Positions 11,725 through 22,328 of a stretch of 64,000 nucleotides of DNA are shown here, in pieces. The notes under the pieces were generated by a model. The model was not told the origin of the DNA, did not search any database, and saw only the letters and a program-made list of their open reading frames with translations. Both the position numbers and the translations under genes were made by a program. Each line of letters starts with the position of its first letter. Within the stretch, counting starts at the first letter, position 1. Origin of the DNA: a virus (Duplodnaviria; Caudoviricetes); IMG/VR virus record IMGVR_UViG_3300029288_000001, positions 96,001-160,000 of that record; one strand, 5' to 3'.

Positions 11725-12432
11725 TTATTTCCTAAGTTTTTTAATTAAGAGCGCGATGATAAGACCCACGATAACCACAACGACCACGAATCCAACGATC
11801 AATGCGCTTCCTATTGCAGTAGCTAAACCAGATATATCGTTATCGTCGTCCTCTTCTTTGACATCTTCGCATACATCATATACTATCGATGGTATCATGT
11901 TTAAATCGCTAGAGCTTTCCCTCGTATAAATAAATATAGTTTCGCTCTTATCGTCTATAGGAGAAACAAATAGAACTAAACCTAATGTGTCGTTCACGAT
12001 GTAATTGGACACATCTAACTCAAACGCACCATCCCCTGTAAGTAAGACCTTTCCAATAGTTTGCCATTTATCGGGCGCATTCATATAAGTAATTCCCGAC
12101 TCAGTCCATGTCGTAGGGGCAATCGCAATTGACAAGTTCACGGTGGCGCTTCCCTTAAATAATTCAAACGAGAACTTTGCCTCAGTCCAATCGTCTGGCG
12201 CGTCGGACACATCGAACTTGAACCACGCTTCATAGTCGTTAGAAAATCCTCCACAATATACATTATAGTCCGTTGCGCCAAAATTAGTTGTAGGGTCGCT
12301 ACTATCTATATAGGCATCCGCAGTACAATCGCTTGATTTACATACCTCTTTCCCCCGTACCATTGTGGTCGAGCTACTTATCGCAACAATAAATACCGTT
12401 GCTACTATTAACAATATATTCCTTTTTTTCAT
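11725..12432 (-). CDS. Membrane-anchored DNRLRE (CBM96-like) domain surface protein
   Basis: Signal peptide MKKRNILLIVATVFIVAIS; ADAYIDSSDPTTNFG, AWFKFDVS, WTESGITYMNAP; C-terminal TM helix plus basic tail. Confidence 0.8.
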   Translation of the reverse strand: MKKRNILLIVATVFIVAISSSTTMVRGKEVCKSSDCTADAYIDSSDPTTNFGATDYNVYCGGFSNDYEAWFKFDVSDAPDDWTEAKFSFELFKGSATVNLSIAIAPTTWTESGITYMNAPDKWQTIGKVLLTGDGAFELDVSNYIVNDTLGLVLFVSPIDDKSETIFIYTRESSSDLNMIPSIVYDVCEDVKEEDDDNDISGLATAIGSALIVGFVVVVVIVGLIIALLIKKLRK

Positions 12433-12457
12433 AATTTTCTTACCATATTTTTTTATT

Positions 12458-12490
12458 GCCTCCCGCCAGGGTAAGCCAGCAAAGGGAGAC
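12458..12490 (-). ncRNA. tRNA minihelix-like element (t-element) 1
   Basis: GTCTCCC TTT GCTGG CTTACC CTGGC GGGAGGC. Confidence 0.55.
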
Positions 12491-12920
12491 ATAGTTTAAG
12501 ATAAGAAAAAAAAAAGAGTTAAAATTAAGAATTAATAATAATCGAGTATTTCGGGAATAACCTTCTCGTATTTAATACCTTTCTGGTCAAAAACCTCGTA
12601 TAGTTTGTCTGGTTCTCCTTGGTAATCGATGTCGTTCTCTCGCATTTCGTTTATTATGGCGTTAATCTCGATTTCGGTTAAGTCACACACAAACATACTA
12701 TCCGATAAATTTGTATCTCCCATATCTAGCGCGTAGTATTTCATACTATTTTCCTCCTTTTTTTTACACTTTAAACGGACAACACACGCTACACGGTAAG
12801 TCGTCGCAGTCGTGCTGGCGCATGTCGTTGTCCGATATTCCAAATTTCTTTCTATGCGTTTCGCAGATCTGATCGTCTATGCGTTGTAGATACCCTACGG
12901 GGTCGCTGTTCCAGCTCATA

Positions 12921-14888
12921 TTACGCTACTACCGAGTTATGTTTAAGTAGGTTTATGATCGTATCTTTTTCTAGCTTTTCCAACGATAAGTCTATGTCGC
13001 ACCCTTCGCTAGTATCCACGAGAATGGCACCTGCGTTCTGTAATACTTCTGCTAAAGTTATTTGGTTCTCGCACGAGTGGATAAGAGATTTCGTCGCGTT
13101 TTTAACATATTCCGTGTTTTTCAAGGCTCTCGCGTTTCCCATTTCAAACGAGGTTATATAAAATCTACAGCGATCCTCTTCTTGAACTATTAATCCAAGA
13201 ATCTTTTGTTTTACATTTATGCTACACCCGATCTCCGCGATCATATTGTTGGGATTTACTACGAAGTTTCTGCTTTCTTCTAGAACCTTCTGTTTCGACA
13301 CGAACAGTTTAAACGGAACTTCTATTTTGTTATAATCGCTAAAATTGAAGTAGTTTAATCCGAGCGCGAAGCTACACGGAGAACCAGACTTGATAAAAAA
13401 CGCTTCTGAAGCCCCGTTCTTTCCAGAAGCGTCGGTCATGTCACCAGAGAATAATACTTTCCTATCGGAACTTCTATAGAAGGCGTTCCATCCTATTTTA
13501 ACGCCGTCAAGGGACTGTAACGATAAATCGAGGTCAATTCTGTTTCTGCTTACATTGTTCCAATTAACTCCTACTGTTATACCTGTGGGAGCTTCTACAT
13601 ACGACATCGAAGGTAGGTTTCCGACCATCTGTTTCTCGGTAGCGGGAACCGTATATACGATATTATTTGGAATATAGATCTTCTTACCGTTCACATTCGT
13701 TTTAATGTCCGAAGCTATGGAATCTAACACCATTTTGAGAGCGCTGTCGTATGCCGCAGAAACGAAAAAAGCGAAGTTCTTCGCGTAATCGGTCGCGTAA
13801 GCTTTACCGTTTCTTATCTTGTAGAGCATAGAAGTTGGTTTCATTAGTCTATATCGTAACGCTTGAGCTAATCTAACTTTTCTAAACACATTCGCCGTGG
13901 GTAGAGCGCGTTCTAGGACTGCCTGCCATGGTTTACCGTTTTTTACGAGGCTTGTTATAGTATCTAATGGAGATATGGGAGCGTTAACATTGTGGAGTTT
14001 CGCGAGTTTTCTAAGTCTATTTATGAGATGCCTGATTCTAGGGTCGGGATTTGTCTTAAACGCTAAGAAAAGCGGTTTAAATCGGTAGAAAATAGACGAG
14101 AGCACTATGAGTCTTTGTTTTCTAAGAGTATATTCTTGTTGTATATACTTACACATTAAAGGATAAAGGTCTACGGGAGAAATCTTTAACGCTTCTATCG
14201 TTTCCTTGTCTTTGATCAAGAGCGTTTTTCCAATTCGTTTATACACGCACATTCTAAGAAACTCTACGGGATCGGAAGGAACTAATCCAAGCTGATCGCT
14301 TACGATGATTTTAACTTCTCTGTTCTTTATGGATTCCACATTTTCTTTGGTTAACACGCCAAAAGTATTAGAAACCGTAATCACATCGTCAATGGTCTGT
14401 TTACTGAGCGCGATTCCCGAGGCTAATAACTCGAGCATCTTCTTCGCGATCTCGTCTTTCGTGTATCCCTTTATTAAGGTTAAACTGATCTCCTTTACAT
14501 CTACCTTTGGTATGTCTAACGCTTCTACGGGAATGTAAACATTGTTCTGATCGTATATTCCGAGCGACTCGTAACCGTAAGTGGTGATATAATGAAATAT
14601 TTGTTCTACCACCAATTGAAACAAGCTCGCCGTTGCCACCTTATTCCACGACTTGTGGAAGGTCGCGTTCATCTGTTCTTTAGTTAATCCTAGGGTGCTA
14701 GACACATCTTTTATTATAGAGCGCAGTTCTCCGATTGTATAATTACCATACACATCAGGAGAGAATACGAAACCGCGTTCTATGGTTTCTTCTAAAATCT
14801 CCTCGTTGATACTTGCCTTCTTTCCATCGATGTGTTTATCGATCGGAACTGCTTTAAACAATCTAATTAACGATTCCATATTCATCAC
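12921..14888 (-). CDS. ROT/TROVE-like helical repeat protein with C-terminal TerD-like domain
   Basis: NATFHKSWNKV...EQIFHYITTYG N-terminus; C-terminal RIDLDLSL...IGWNAFYR...LFSGDMTDA...GASE is TerD-like; matches the Prok-RING_4-associated architecture without the RING. Confidence 0.7.
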   Translation of the reverse strand: MMNMESLIRLFKAVPIDKHIDGKKASINEEILEETIERGFVFSPDVYGNYTIGELRSIIKDVSSTLGLTKEQMNATFHKSWNKVATASLFQLVVEQIFHYITTYGYESLGIYDQNNVYIPVEALDIPKVDVKEISLTLIKGYTKDEIAKKMLELLASGIALSKQTIDDVITVSNTFGVLTKENVESIKNREVKIIVSDQLGLVPSDPVEFLRMCVYKRIGKTLLIKDKETIEALKISPVDLYPLMCKYIQQEYTLRKQRLIVLSSIFYRFKPLFLAFKTNPDPRIRHLINRLRKLAKLHNVNAPISPLDTITSLVKNGKPWQAVLERALPTANVFRKVRLAQALRYRLMKPTSMLYKIRNGKAYATDYAKNFAFFVSAAYDSALKMVLDSIASDIKTNVNGKKIYIPNNIVYTVPATEKQMVGNLPSMSYVEAPTGITVGVNWNNVSRNRIDLDLSLQSLDGVKIGWNAFYRSSDRKVLFSGDMTDASGKNGASEAFFIKSGSPCSFALGLNYFNFSDYNKIEVPFKLFVSKQKVLEESRNFVVNPNNMIAEIGCSINVKQKILGLIVQEEDRCRFYITSFEMGNARALKNTEYVKNATKSLIHSCENQITLAEVLQNAGAILVDTSEGCDIDLSLEKLEKDTIINLLKHNSVVA

Positions 14889-14900
14889 ATTAAATTAAGA

Positions 14901-15010
14901 GGGCGGGAAGTAGGTTTTTGATTTGTCAGTCAAGTGTTAGGAACTTCCTATGCCCATTTGTGGCGGAGAGTAGATTCTCGTCTTGGGATTGGTAGGAACT
15001 CTCTTTGCCA
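14901..15010 (-). ncRNA. Two tandem covarying stem-loop units directly upstream of the TROVE-like/TerD gene
   Basis: TGGC AAA GAGAGT TCCTA-N19-CT ACTCTC C GCCA and GGGC ATA GGAAGT TCCTA-N24-CT ACTTCC C GCCC. Confidence 0.7.
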
Positions 15011-15014
15011 CTAT

Positions 15015-15060
15015 ACTTATTCGAGGATTCGAACCCCTACATCCCAATGAAAAAATAAGT
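15015..15060 (-). ncRNA. Degenerate tRNA-like element
   Basis: ACTTATT...AGGGG TTCGAAT CCTCG AATAAGT: 7-bp stem plus canonical T-loop, no D or anticodon arm. Confidence 0.45.
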
Positions 15061-15088
15061 GGTTTACACATTATAATTTACTCCTTTT

Positions 15089-15262
15089 TTATTTAAATAA
15101 CTTTTTCTTCAAAAACAAAATTTTTATGCCTTCTACAGGGCAACTCTCTTTGGAACATTTGGCTTTTGGATTGCCTCTATGATTGCATGTTCCGCTGAAC
15201 AAATTATGGTACGGACAATCCGCTATTTCTAACCCAAAGTATTCCGTTTTTTCCTTAACCAT
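15089..15262 (-). CDS. 57-aa Cys-rich peptide (paralog 1)
   Basis: MVKEKTEYFGLEIADCPYHNLFSGTCNHRGNPKAKCSKESCPVEGIKILFLKKKLFK, translated by hand; paralog at 22329-22502. Confidence 0.7.
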   Translation of the reverse strand: MVKEKTEYFGLEIADCPYHNLFSGTCNHRGNPKAKCSKESCPVEGIKILFLKKKLFK

Positions 15263-15682
15263 GATCTATTCCTTCTTTTCTCTCTTTTAATATGCTTTTC
15301 TTATTGTTTTTATCTTTAATAATATTTTAATTCATTCGTGCTATATAAATATTTTTTATTTTTACATTAATAGACTATTTGTCGTTATCTCTTGTCATTT
15401 TGGCTACGATCTCATCAAACCGCACTCCAGAGAGATACCCTTCTATATAATCGTCGGTAAAATTCGAGAATTCCGTCCATAGCATATCTCCTATACGCTC
15501 TAACAAATCCTCGTATTCTTCGATCGATAACGCTCTTATCTTCTTCTTTAAATCTTCGCTTTTTTCATCGATCATTTCAATTAATTCGTCTTTTTCAATC
15601 GTTATTTTTATACTCGTATTAAATTACCTCAAAATGATTATATTATCGTAAAAAATTTAAAAAAAATAGTTTTATTATATAT

Positions 15683-16000
15683 TTACTCCTCTTCTTTTTT
15701 ATTTATTATCTTAACGCAGTTCAATAACATATCCGTGAACTTCTTTCCGATCTTACTGATCTCAAGATATAGGTATTGGTTGTTAAGCTCGTTCTCGGAA
15801 TAGGAAGTGTAGACCATTCCATAATGCAATAATTCCGTAAGGTAGATCTCTAACTCAGTTTGTCTATATTTAAACTGATTCATTATCTCGTAAAACGATT
15901 TCTTTCCTTCCTTCAATAGATATAATAGAATGTGTTGGTTCTCTTCGGAATCTAACGATTTTAACATTAATCTTACTATCAACGGGAATTCGTAGCTCAT
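15683..16000 (-). CDS. Winged-helix (ArsR-like) protein
   Basis: LKSLDSEENQHILLYLLKEGKKSFYEI...LTELLHYGMV...EISKIG. Confidence 0.6.
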   Translation of the reverse strand: MSYEFPLIVRLMLKSLDSEENQHILLYLLKEGKKSFYEIMNQFKYRQTELEIYLTELLHYGMVYTSYSENELNNQYLYLEISKIGKKFTDMLLNCVKIINKKEEE

Positions 16001-18472
16001 TTCCGATCGTCCTCTTTCTTCTTTTCCTTTTCCTCGTCAGGCGCGCGTATTATTATCGTCCTTTTCTTGGATGGAATTAAGTCCATGATCTCCTGTAGAG
16101 TTGGTTTTGGTTTCTTTCCTAAATATTCTTTGATCAATGCATTCCAGTGCGCGAACTCGTGCGTCCATACGGGTCTTCCGAGCACCTTTTCCACGGCTTC
16201 GTGGAAGTCTCCAAAGTCCATACATAACCTCTTTTGAAACAGTTGGAATTTCACGATCTCCTCGGCAGTTTTTGATTTCCACCATTCCGTTTTCGCGAGT
16301 GCGATCGCTTCTTCTTCCGTCAATTGTTTTAGATCGTTCATAATTTATCCTCCTTCTTGGGTTCAATATCTTTAATTCTAAAATGTATAAATTTATTTCT
16401 TTTAGCAATTTCTATCCATTCTCGCGCCTCGGGATGATTCATGGTTCGAGCGTGCATGATTCTTTCTTCGCCATCTACTTCGCAGTATATTTCCATGTAT
16501 TTAGTGGGATCTCCATAAGGAATATCTTCATATTTTTCCTGTTTTAATTCGAAAAACTTCTCGAACTCTTTTATATCGGTGTCGTTATCGTTCAAAGGAT
16601 TCTCGTCCTCCCACTCGCCTATTTCCTCCTCTTGAGCTTGAATGCGGAAGAAATGAAGATATTTAGAACATTGATCAAGTAGTGTTTTGGTCTCTTCTGC
16701 GCCTGCATCGTCGAAATCTACGAGATACGCGGTAATTTTGATTAATTTAACCATAATTTATCCTCCTTTCTCTCTCTTTGGACATCGTTCTCCTACGATA
16801 TCCTTGTAATTTATGTTCTCCTTACACGATAGATCGTAATCCATGTTCATAATATAGTTCTTACACCCTTCGCAGTCGGGGTGCCAGTCTATACCATCAT
16901 CCTCGTAGTAAGGGTATTGGGCTAATCTTAATAACTCTTGGTTCTTTTGTAATTCTGGATATTTTACGAGAAGACCGTGTAAACAATTTCTACACGAATT
17001 AAAGCCTTCTAAGAATTGTTCGGTTCTCACGGTTTATTCTCCTCCTTGATCTCGTATTTTTTAAGTTGTTCTCGCACCATACCGATGTCTTGTCTAATGG
17101 ACTCATCCCAATCGTAGAAGTCTCCTACGGTTTCTAAGCGTAGTTCTTTACACGATAGGCTACCGTTATATATGTTCATAGCGTTATAAAGAGACTTAAC
17201 TGCTTCCTCGATGGCTATCAGCGATTGTCTTGCCTCGGTAGCTAACTGCCCGTGGAGTTGATCCAACGCTTCTTTAAGTTTAGGATCGGTCATTTCTATT
17301 CGTCCTCCTTTTCTTTTAACTTCGCTTCTAACTTCTCGAATAGATCGTAGAGTTCTAATATATCGTGTCCATCAATTTGGTGAATAGCGTTCACGGCGAT
17401 CTGGGGTATACCGTTATAGGTAATGCTCATTAAACAAATACTATCTAATTTCTTCTTGAACTTTACTAATTCGTCCGCGTATAAAACTTCCTTCTTTTCT
17501 TCCTTGGAATGGTTTTCTAATTGTTCTATCAGCCTCTTTATGGTTTTAATATCTTTGGGTTTATCGTAGATCTCTTGGAGAGTGCGGTAGAAGAACTCGT
17601 CGCATTCCTTTCGCGTGGACCGATTCCACACGTCGTCTAAGCTTACATCTTCTTCGAATTCGAATTTGGGCATTTTACATTCCCTCCTTGTCTAAGCCAT
17701 ATTTCTTCACGGTAGCTACGAATAGGTTTAACCCTTCTTGACTGTCGATGTGATAACTATGAATATATAACTCGCCTTTAAGTTTTCCGCTTTTTATTGC
17801 TTCGCGTATATCTATCATGTTAATAAAAGGAAGGTTGTTCTCTTTTATATATTTTCTAATAAGCTCCTTGTCGGGGGTTGCCCATTCTTCTGGAGGAGGA
17901 CATCCACAATGCCCTACTACTCTTACATCGCATTGTCCTATGGGATCGGCGTAGAGTTCCTTCGCGATCGCTAGCGGTATACGACAATCAACCATCCAAT
18001 AATACCACGCGCGTTCGAAGTTCATCTTACCTAGACATCCTTTTGTATTATATGGCACTTCTCCGCTCCCTCTCTCGTAGACGATCGGTATTCCTGCCTC
18101 GGTAAGTTCCTTCTCTATGTATTGATCACAATACTTTCTCCCTGCCATGTTGGGAAAGTTCGTTTTCTTCATTAAATTACTTGGAAACATGTTTTACCTC
18201 CTTTATTGTATTATTCTCTACTTTTATTGGAACTTCTCTTCGATGTTCGTAGCACCACATTAATGCATTGATAGATCCTCGTAGGAATCGTAGCAACTCC
18301 GCCAGACTCTCCGATTGTTTTGGATCGATAAAGAACCCATCGTTGTCGCTCGTCTGTTTAAGCGCAGTAAGTATAGCCTCTCCTACAGATTTTGAAGTTT
18401 TCACGAATGTTTCCACAAAATTAATCATCTGATCTTTAGTAATGTTGGTGACGATCTCGTTATAATCCATAT
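15997..18472 (-). CDS. Cluster of hypothetical proteins
   Basis: ORFs 15997-16341 (FQLFQKRLCMDF..VLGRPVWTHEF, phage-like), 16338-16754, 16758-17030, 17027-17293, 17296-17673, 17675-18190 (FERAWYYW..VRVVGHCGCPPP), 18177-18472. Confidence 0.6.
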
Positions 18473-18504
18473 TATACTTTTCCTCTTTTTGTTTTTTTAT
18501 ATAC

Positions 18505-18537
18505 GCCTCCCGCTGGTTAACACCAACAATAGGGGGC
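18505..18537 (-). ncRNA. tRNA minihelix-like element 2
   Basis: GCCCCCT ATT GTTGG TGTTAA CCAGC GGGAGGC. Confidence 0.55.
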
Positions 18538-18782
18538 ACGGTTTATTATTAAAAAATTAAAAAAAATTATTTAGTTAGTTTTTCTTTTAAATCGTTAGCT
18601 CAATGTCTTTTCCAAGATCGGCGTTGGTTAGATCCTTAAACGGAGAGTCTTTAAACTCGGATTTGTTGAAAATTTTATACCCTGCGATTTCAAAACTAAC
18701 GCGCCTCGTTCTCTTTCCGTCGCTATATATATCGTCGCGTATGCTGGTAAGTTTTCCTTTCATTATCTACACCTTTTTCCTT

Positions 18783-19103
18783 TTAAGCTTTCGTGTTTCT
18801 TATACCGTCTATAAGGCGAGAAACATCGTAGGATTGGAGTTTTTGTTCTAAGATCGTTATGCTTTTCTTCATAACATTTAATTGGGTTAGAAATAAAGAA
18901 ACATCGATCGCACCCGCGTTATCGTTAATATTTCCTATGTGCGAAAAGATCGCTTCTCGTAGGAATTCCGACATCTTCGCGTTACCTTTTATTGTCTCGA
19001 TCATCTTCTTCTCCTCTGCGGTTAATCTTACTCCAACCTGTACTTCTTTATTCGTTCTCACCTTATCGCCTCCGTTAGTAATCCAGACGTCGCATGATAC
19101 CAA
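18783..19103 (-). CDS. Ribbon-helix-helix DNA-binding protein
   Basis: VQVGVRLTAEEKKMIE...KMSEFLREAI. Confidence 0.7.
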   Translation of the reverse strand: MVSCDVWITNGGDKVRTNKEVQVGVRLTAEEKKMIETIKGNAKMSEFLREAIFSHIGNINDNAGAIDVSLFLTQLNVMKKSITILEQKLQSYDVSRLIDGIRNTKA

Positions 19104-19105
19104 TA

Positions 19106-19708
19106 TTAATCTATCGTTCGTGATATTTTATTTTCCAGATCATATTTTCGATGGCAAGAACGATGTGCCCATTGGAAGTCATTAATATCGTCTTTATACT
19201 CGCCCGATATATTTGATAGTTCTAATTCAGTCTTTCCATAAAAATCTTTAATATCGTTACATATTTCGCATCTCTGTGGCTTGGGCTTATTTATCGTCAT
19301 TCTATAATGCAGTCCTCCATATTTCACATTAGGCTTCCAATTTGGGTTTGACTCTCCTTTTCGTTTGCCTTTGCCTGATTTACTAAGGTTCTTTTTATGT
19401 TCCTCTGAAAATACTATCCCTTTTCTTCCTTCGCTTATGTTTTTCCTAGCTTGTTCAGATCGCTTCTTTCCAGTGTTTGATCGTCTCATTTTTTCAATTG
19501 TTTCGATTGGTATTTTCTTTCCTAGATTAATTTGCCTTAATTTCTCTTTTGTTTCTTCCGTGTGTTTCTTTCCAGTTGCATTGTTCCTTGCTTTTGTTCG
19601 ATGGTTCTCTTGAAATTCTTTATACTCTGGTAAATCGTGCCATCTACGATGGGCACACATTGCTCTTCTGGAATCAAATTCCTTATTACAAATATCACAG
19701 ACTACCAT
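19106..19708 (-). CDS. Free-standing homing endonuclease (C2H2 finger + NUMOD3 + HNH-like)
   Basis: CDICNKEFDSRRAMCAHRRWH; GKKHTEETKEK/GKKRSEQARKN NUMOD3 repeats; CEIC...RSCHRKYD. Confidence 0.8.
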   Translation of the reverse strand: MVVCDICNKEFDSRRAMCAHRRWHDLPEYKEFQENHRTKARNNATGKKHTEETKEKLRQINLGKKIPIETIEKMRRSNTGKKRSEQARKNISEGRKGIVFSEEHKKNLSKSGKGKRKGESNPNWKPNVKYGGLHYRMTINKPKPQRCEICNDIKDFYGKTELELSNISGEYKDDINDFQWAHRSCHRKYDLENKISRTID

Positions 19709-19709
19709 A

Positions 19710-20006
19710 TTAATACTCTAGTTTTCGGATTATACGATAAGTTTTAAACTCTCTTACTGGCTCGTCGTTCTCGTCTAAATGCTCGATGGGAATCTTGATC
19801 ATATTCTTGTCTTCTTCCTCTTCCTTCTGTCCTTGATCGGTGGATGGCTTCTTCATGTGTTTGATCATTTTAAGTTCCTTGATCAAATACTCCCTCGTTG
19901 CGGCGCGGATTAACTCGCTTCGCGAAGGATATAAACCGTTCTCGCCGATCAATTTCTCGATTGCTTCGATATAGCTTTCTGGCACATTCACAGTCACGAT
20001 CTTCAT
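19710..20006 (-). CDS. CopG/RHH transcriptional regulator (Lokiarchaeia-type)
   Basis: MKIVTVNVPESYIEAIEKLIGENGLYPSRSELIRAATREYL. Confidence 0.85.
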   Translation of the reverse strand: MKIVTVNVPESYIEAIEKLIGENGLYPSRSELIRAATREYLIKELKMIKHMKKPSTDQGQKEEEEDKNMIKIPIEHLDENDEPVREFKTYRIIRKLEY

Positions 20007-20007
20007 T

Positions 20008-20379
20008 CTACAATCCTCCTTTTGGAATTGGTGGTTTAATCTGGGACTTCGTGGTCACGGGTTTCTGCTTCGTAGTCGTAGTACTTTTCTCTTTGGGCAC
20101 GAAATTGATTCCTCCTTCCTTTACAGCGTTCTTATCGTCTCTCTTAATATCCACGATCTTTTTTGGTATCCAAGGGTCTTTCATCGCGTTCGCGTTCGAT
20201 CTTACGTAGAGCTTGAACTTTTCTTCGTCCAAGTCTTGATACATCTTCAATTCGTTGGATAGAAAATCCCTTAACGCTAACCGTATTGCCTCGGATCTCG
20301 ACGGAATAATATCGTAATCTCCCAGAATCTTGATCGCATCGAGGTATTTTTCAGGTAAATTAATAGTTATTATTTTCAT
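20008..20379 (-). CDS. CopG/RHH transcriptional regulator (paralog)
   Basis: MKIITINLPEKYLDAIKILGDYDIIPSRSEAIRLALRDFL. Confidence 0.85.
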   Translation of the reverse strand: MKIITINLPEKYLDAIKILGDYDIIPSRSEAIRLALRDFLSNELKMYQDLDEEKFKLYVRSNANAMKDPWIPKKIVDIKRDDKNAVKEGGINFVPKEKSTTTTKQKPVTTKSQIKPPIPKGGL

Positions 20380-22096
20380 TAGTGTTTTTCCCTCCTTATT
20401 TCTTCCTTAATTTCCCGTTCTTCTTTCTTCTTCGCGAGGTATTCCACGAAACAGTTCACGCTACAGAAATCGCTATCTCCGTCTAGAAGTACATCAATAG
20501 GATAAGAACGATCGCTCTTTCTTCGTCCCATTGTGAGAATAATTTTACCTTCGGCGTGAAGCCAGCCTATCTCGGAGTAGTAGTCTTCCGTTTCTTTTCC
20601 ACAATTCTCGCATTTATACCGTTCTATTTTCATGGTTTCTGTCTCTCCTGTGCCTCTTTTATGGTTTTTTCTCGTTCTATGGTTAAGTTTTCGATGATGT
20701 GGACATCGAAGTTCATCTGACCAGATTCGTCTCTCAACATAAGATACGCTTTCTCTATAGCTTCGTCTTCGTTGTCGGCTTCAACTTCCTCTTCCGCTAC
20801 AAATCGTATTAAATAATCGGTCATTATTTCTCTCCCTCTTGGGTTATTTTTTCGAATTGGCATAAAAACGCTTTTCTCAACCGCTTTAAGTTCTTAACCT
20901 TCTTAGTCAACCTTCGTTCTAGCGAGTCTTTCACCAAATAAAGAGCATCAATACCTCGTTTCGCTTCGTTCTCGATCCATTCTACGCTTTCTTTTAAAGT
21001 AAAGTATTCTTGTCCCGAATGGAGCGTATCCGCCCATAAAATATCATAGAGGTTAGATATATCGAATTTTTCTCTTATATTCTCTACTGTACCAATGAAG
21101 TCCTTTATCTTGGCTGGATATTCTAAACACGCCCATTTTCCGATCTCGTTCAGTCCTTTCGCGTCAGGTTCTCCAATAACGAAATACCTCACGATCGAAA
21201 TCTCGTAGGGTATGTTACGATAGGTTCGCGACTCTCGGTACACTTCTATGTTTCCATCCCGTCCATTGTAATTCTCTTTCCCCCGTTTTACTCGCGCCTC
21301 TTCTATTTTCGCTAAGAACTCTCCTTCGCTCATTTCTCCTTTAACTTTATTGTCGTCTACGAATTCCATTACTTCAACGCCTCTTGTTCTTCTTGGTGTG
21401 CTTTAAGAGCCATTTTATTTGAAATGGTCACTTTAAAATCGATTAGATCGGGCTGGTGGGTTAGGATCGCTCTCGCCTTCTTATGGGCTTCTACATCGTC
21501 CTCCGCGTCTACTTCTTCGTAGGCTAAGTATTCTACTACAAATCTGGGCATTATTTCAACCTCTCTTTGTTCTCTGAGCATTCTCCACACGTATCCTCGT
21601 CTGGTATTACTCCGTGCGTTTTACAAAAAACCTCGCCACAACGAGGGCATTCTATAAGATGGTAATCCTTGCAATTGGGTTGATATTCGTTCGCCATATT
21701 ACTTCAGCACCTTCAAATCTTTCTTTAGCTCGTAAAGAACGGTTTTTTGAAAACTATCGATCACGCCCAATTTCGTTTGTAGATCGATTTTAGAATCAAA
21801 AACCACGCTTAAGGTCGCTTTCCACATTTTTTTATAGTCTTTTTTCTTCATTAGTCGTTCCACGCTCGCTCTATTCTTTCTTCTTCTGGCGTCCTTCTCG
21901 TTATGGCGTCGGTTAGATCGCTCTCGGCTCTTTTATACACTTCTTTAAGTGCGCTAACTTCGTTCTGGTCTTCTGAAAAGTTTTTACTATCTTCGTAGTC
22001 AATCCTACTATCGATATAGTTCTTTATTACCTTAGCCAAGTTCCGTAGCTCTTCCACGAGATCGTTCTTGTTTATGGTGTCGTCTTCTTCGTTCAT
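20379..22096 (-). CDS. Hypothetical proteins, including two DpnD/PcfM-like paralogs (20630-20863, 21369-21590)
   Basis: Shared EEVEADNEDEAIEKA / EEVDAEDDVEAHKKA motif; also 20379-20633, 20824-21369, 21851-22096. Confidence 0.55.
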
Positions 22097-22241
22097 TTTT
22101 AATCGTCTCTCTTTTGTTTTTCTTTGTTAATTTTTCAATAAATAATAAGTTAATAATAATAAAAACTTAATAATATAAAAAGCTTTTCTTACAGCTCTAT
22201 ACAGAGACATTCTATTAACCGTCTCGCGGTATCCGCAGGTA

Positions 22242-22317
22242 TGGTCAAGGAGGAGAGGGTCGAACTCTCACCTAGGGCTCCACAAACCCCAATGCTTGCC
22301 AACTACACTACTCCTTG
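22242..22317 (-). tRNA. tRNA-His(GTG), encoded CCA, atypical identity elements
   Basis: CAAGGAG/CTCCTTG acceptor, GGGGT-TTGTGGA-GCCCT anticodon arm, GAGAG-TTCGACC-CTCTC T-arm, A-CCA. Confidence 0.8.
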
Positions 22318-22328
22318 GATTCTAATTA

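Noticed and set aside
12433-12492. Extended N-termini called at 12492 and 18539
   Set aside because: These starts run through minihelix elements; downstream ATGs (12432, 18472) fit the RBS and signal peptide better
12760-12920. Possible ncRNA downstream of the TROVE-like gene
   Set aside because: Reads as a clean 51-aa Cys-containing ORF (MSWNSDPVG...CCPFKV)
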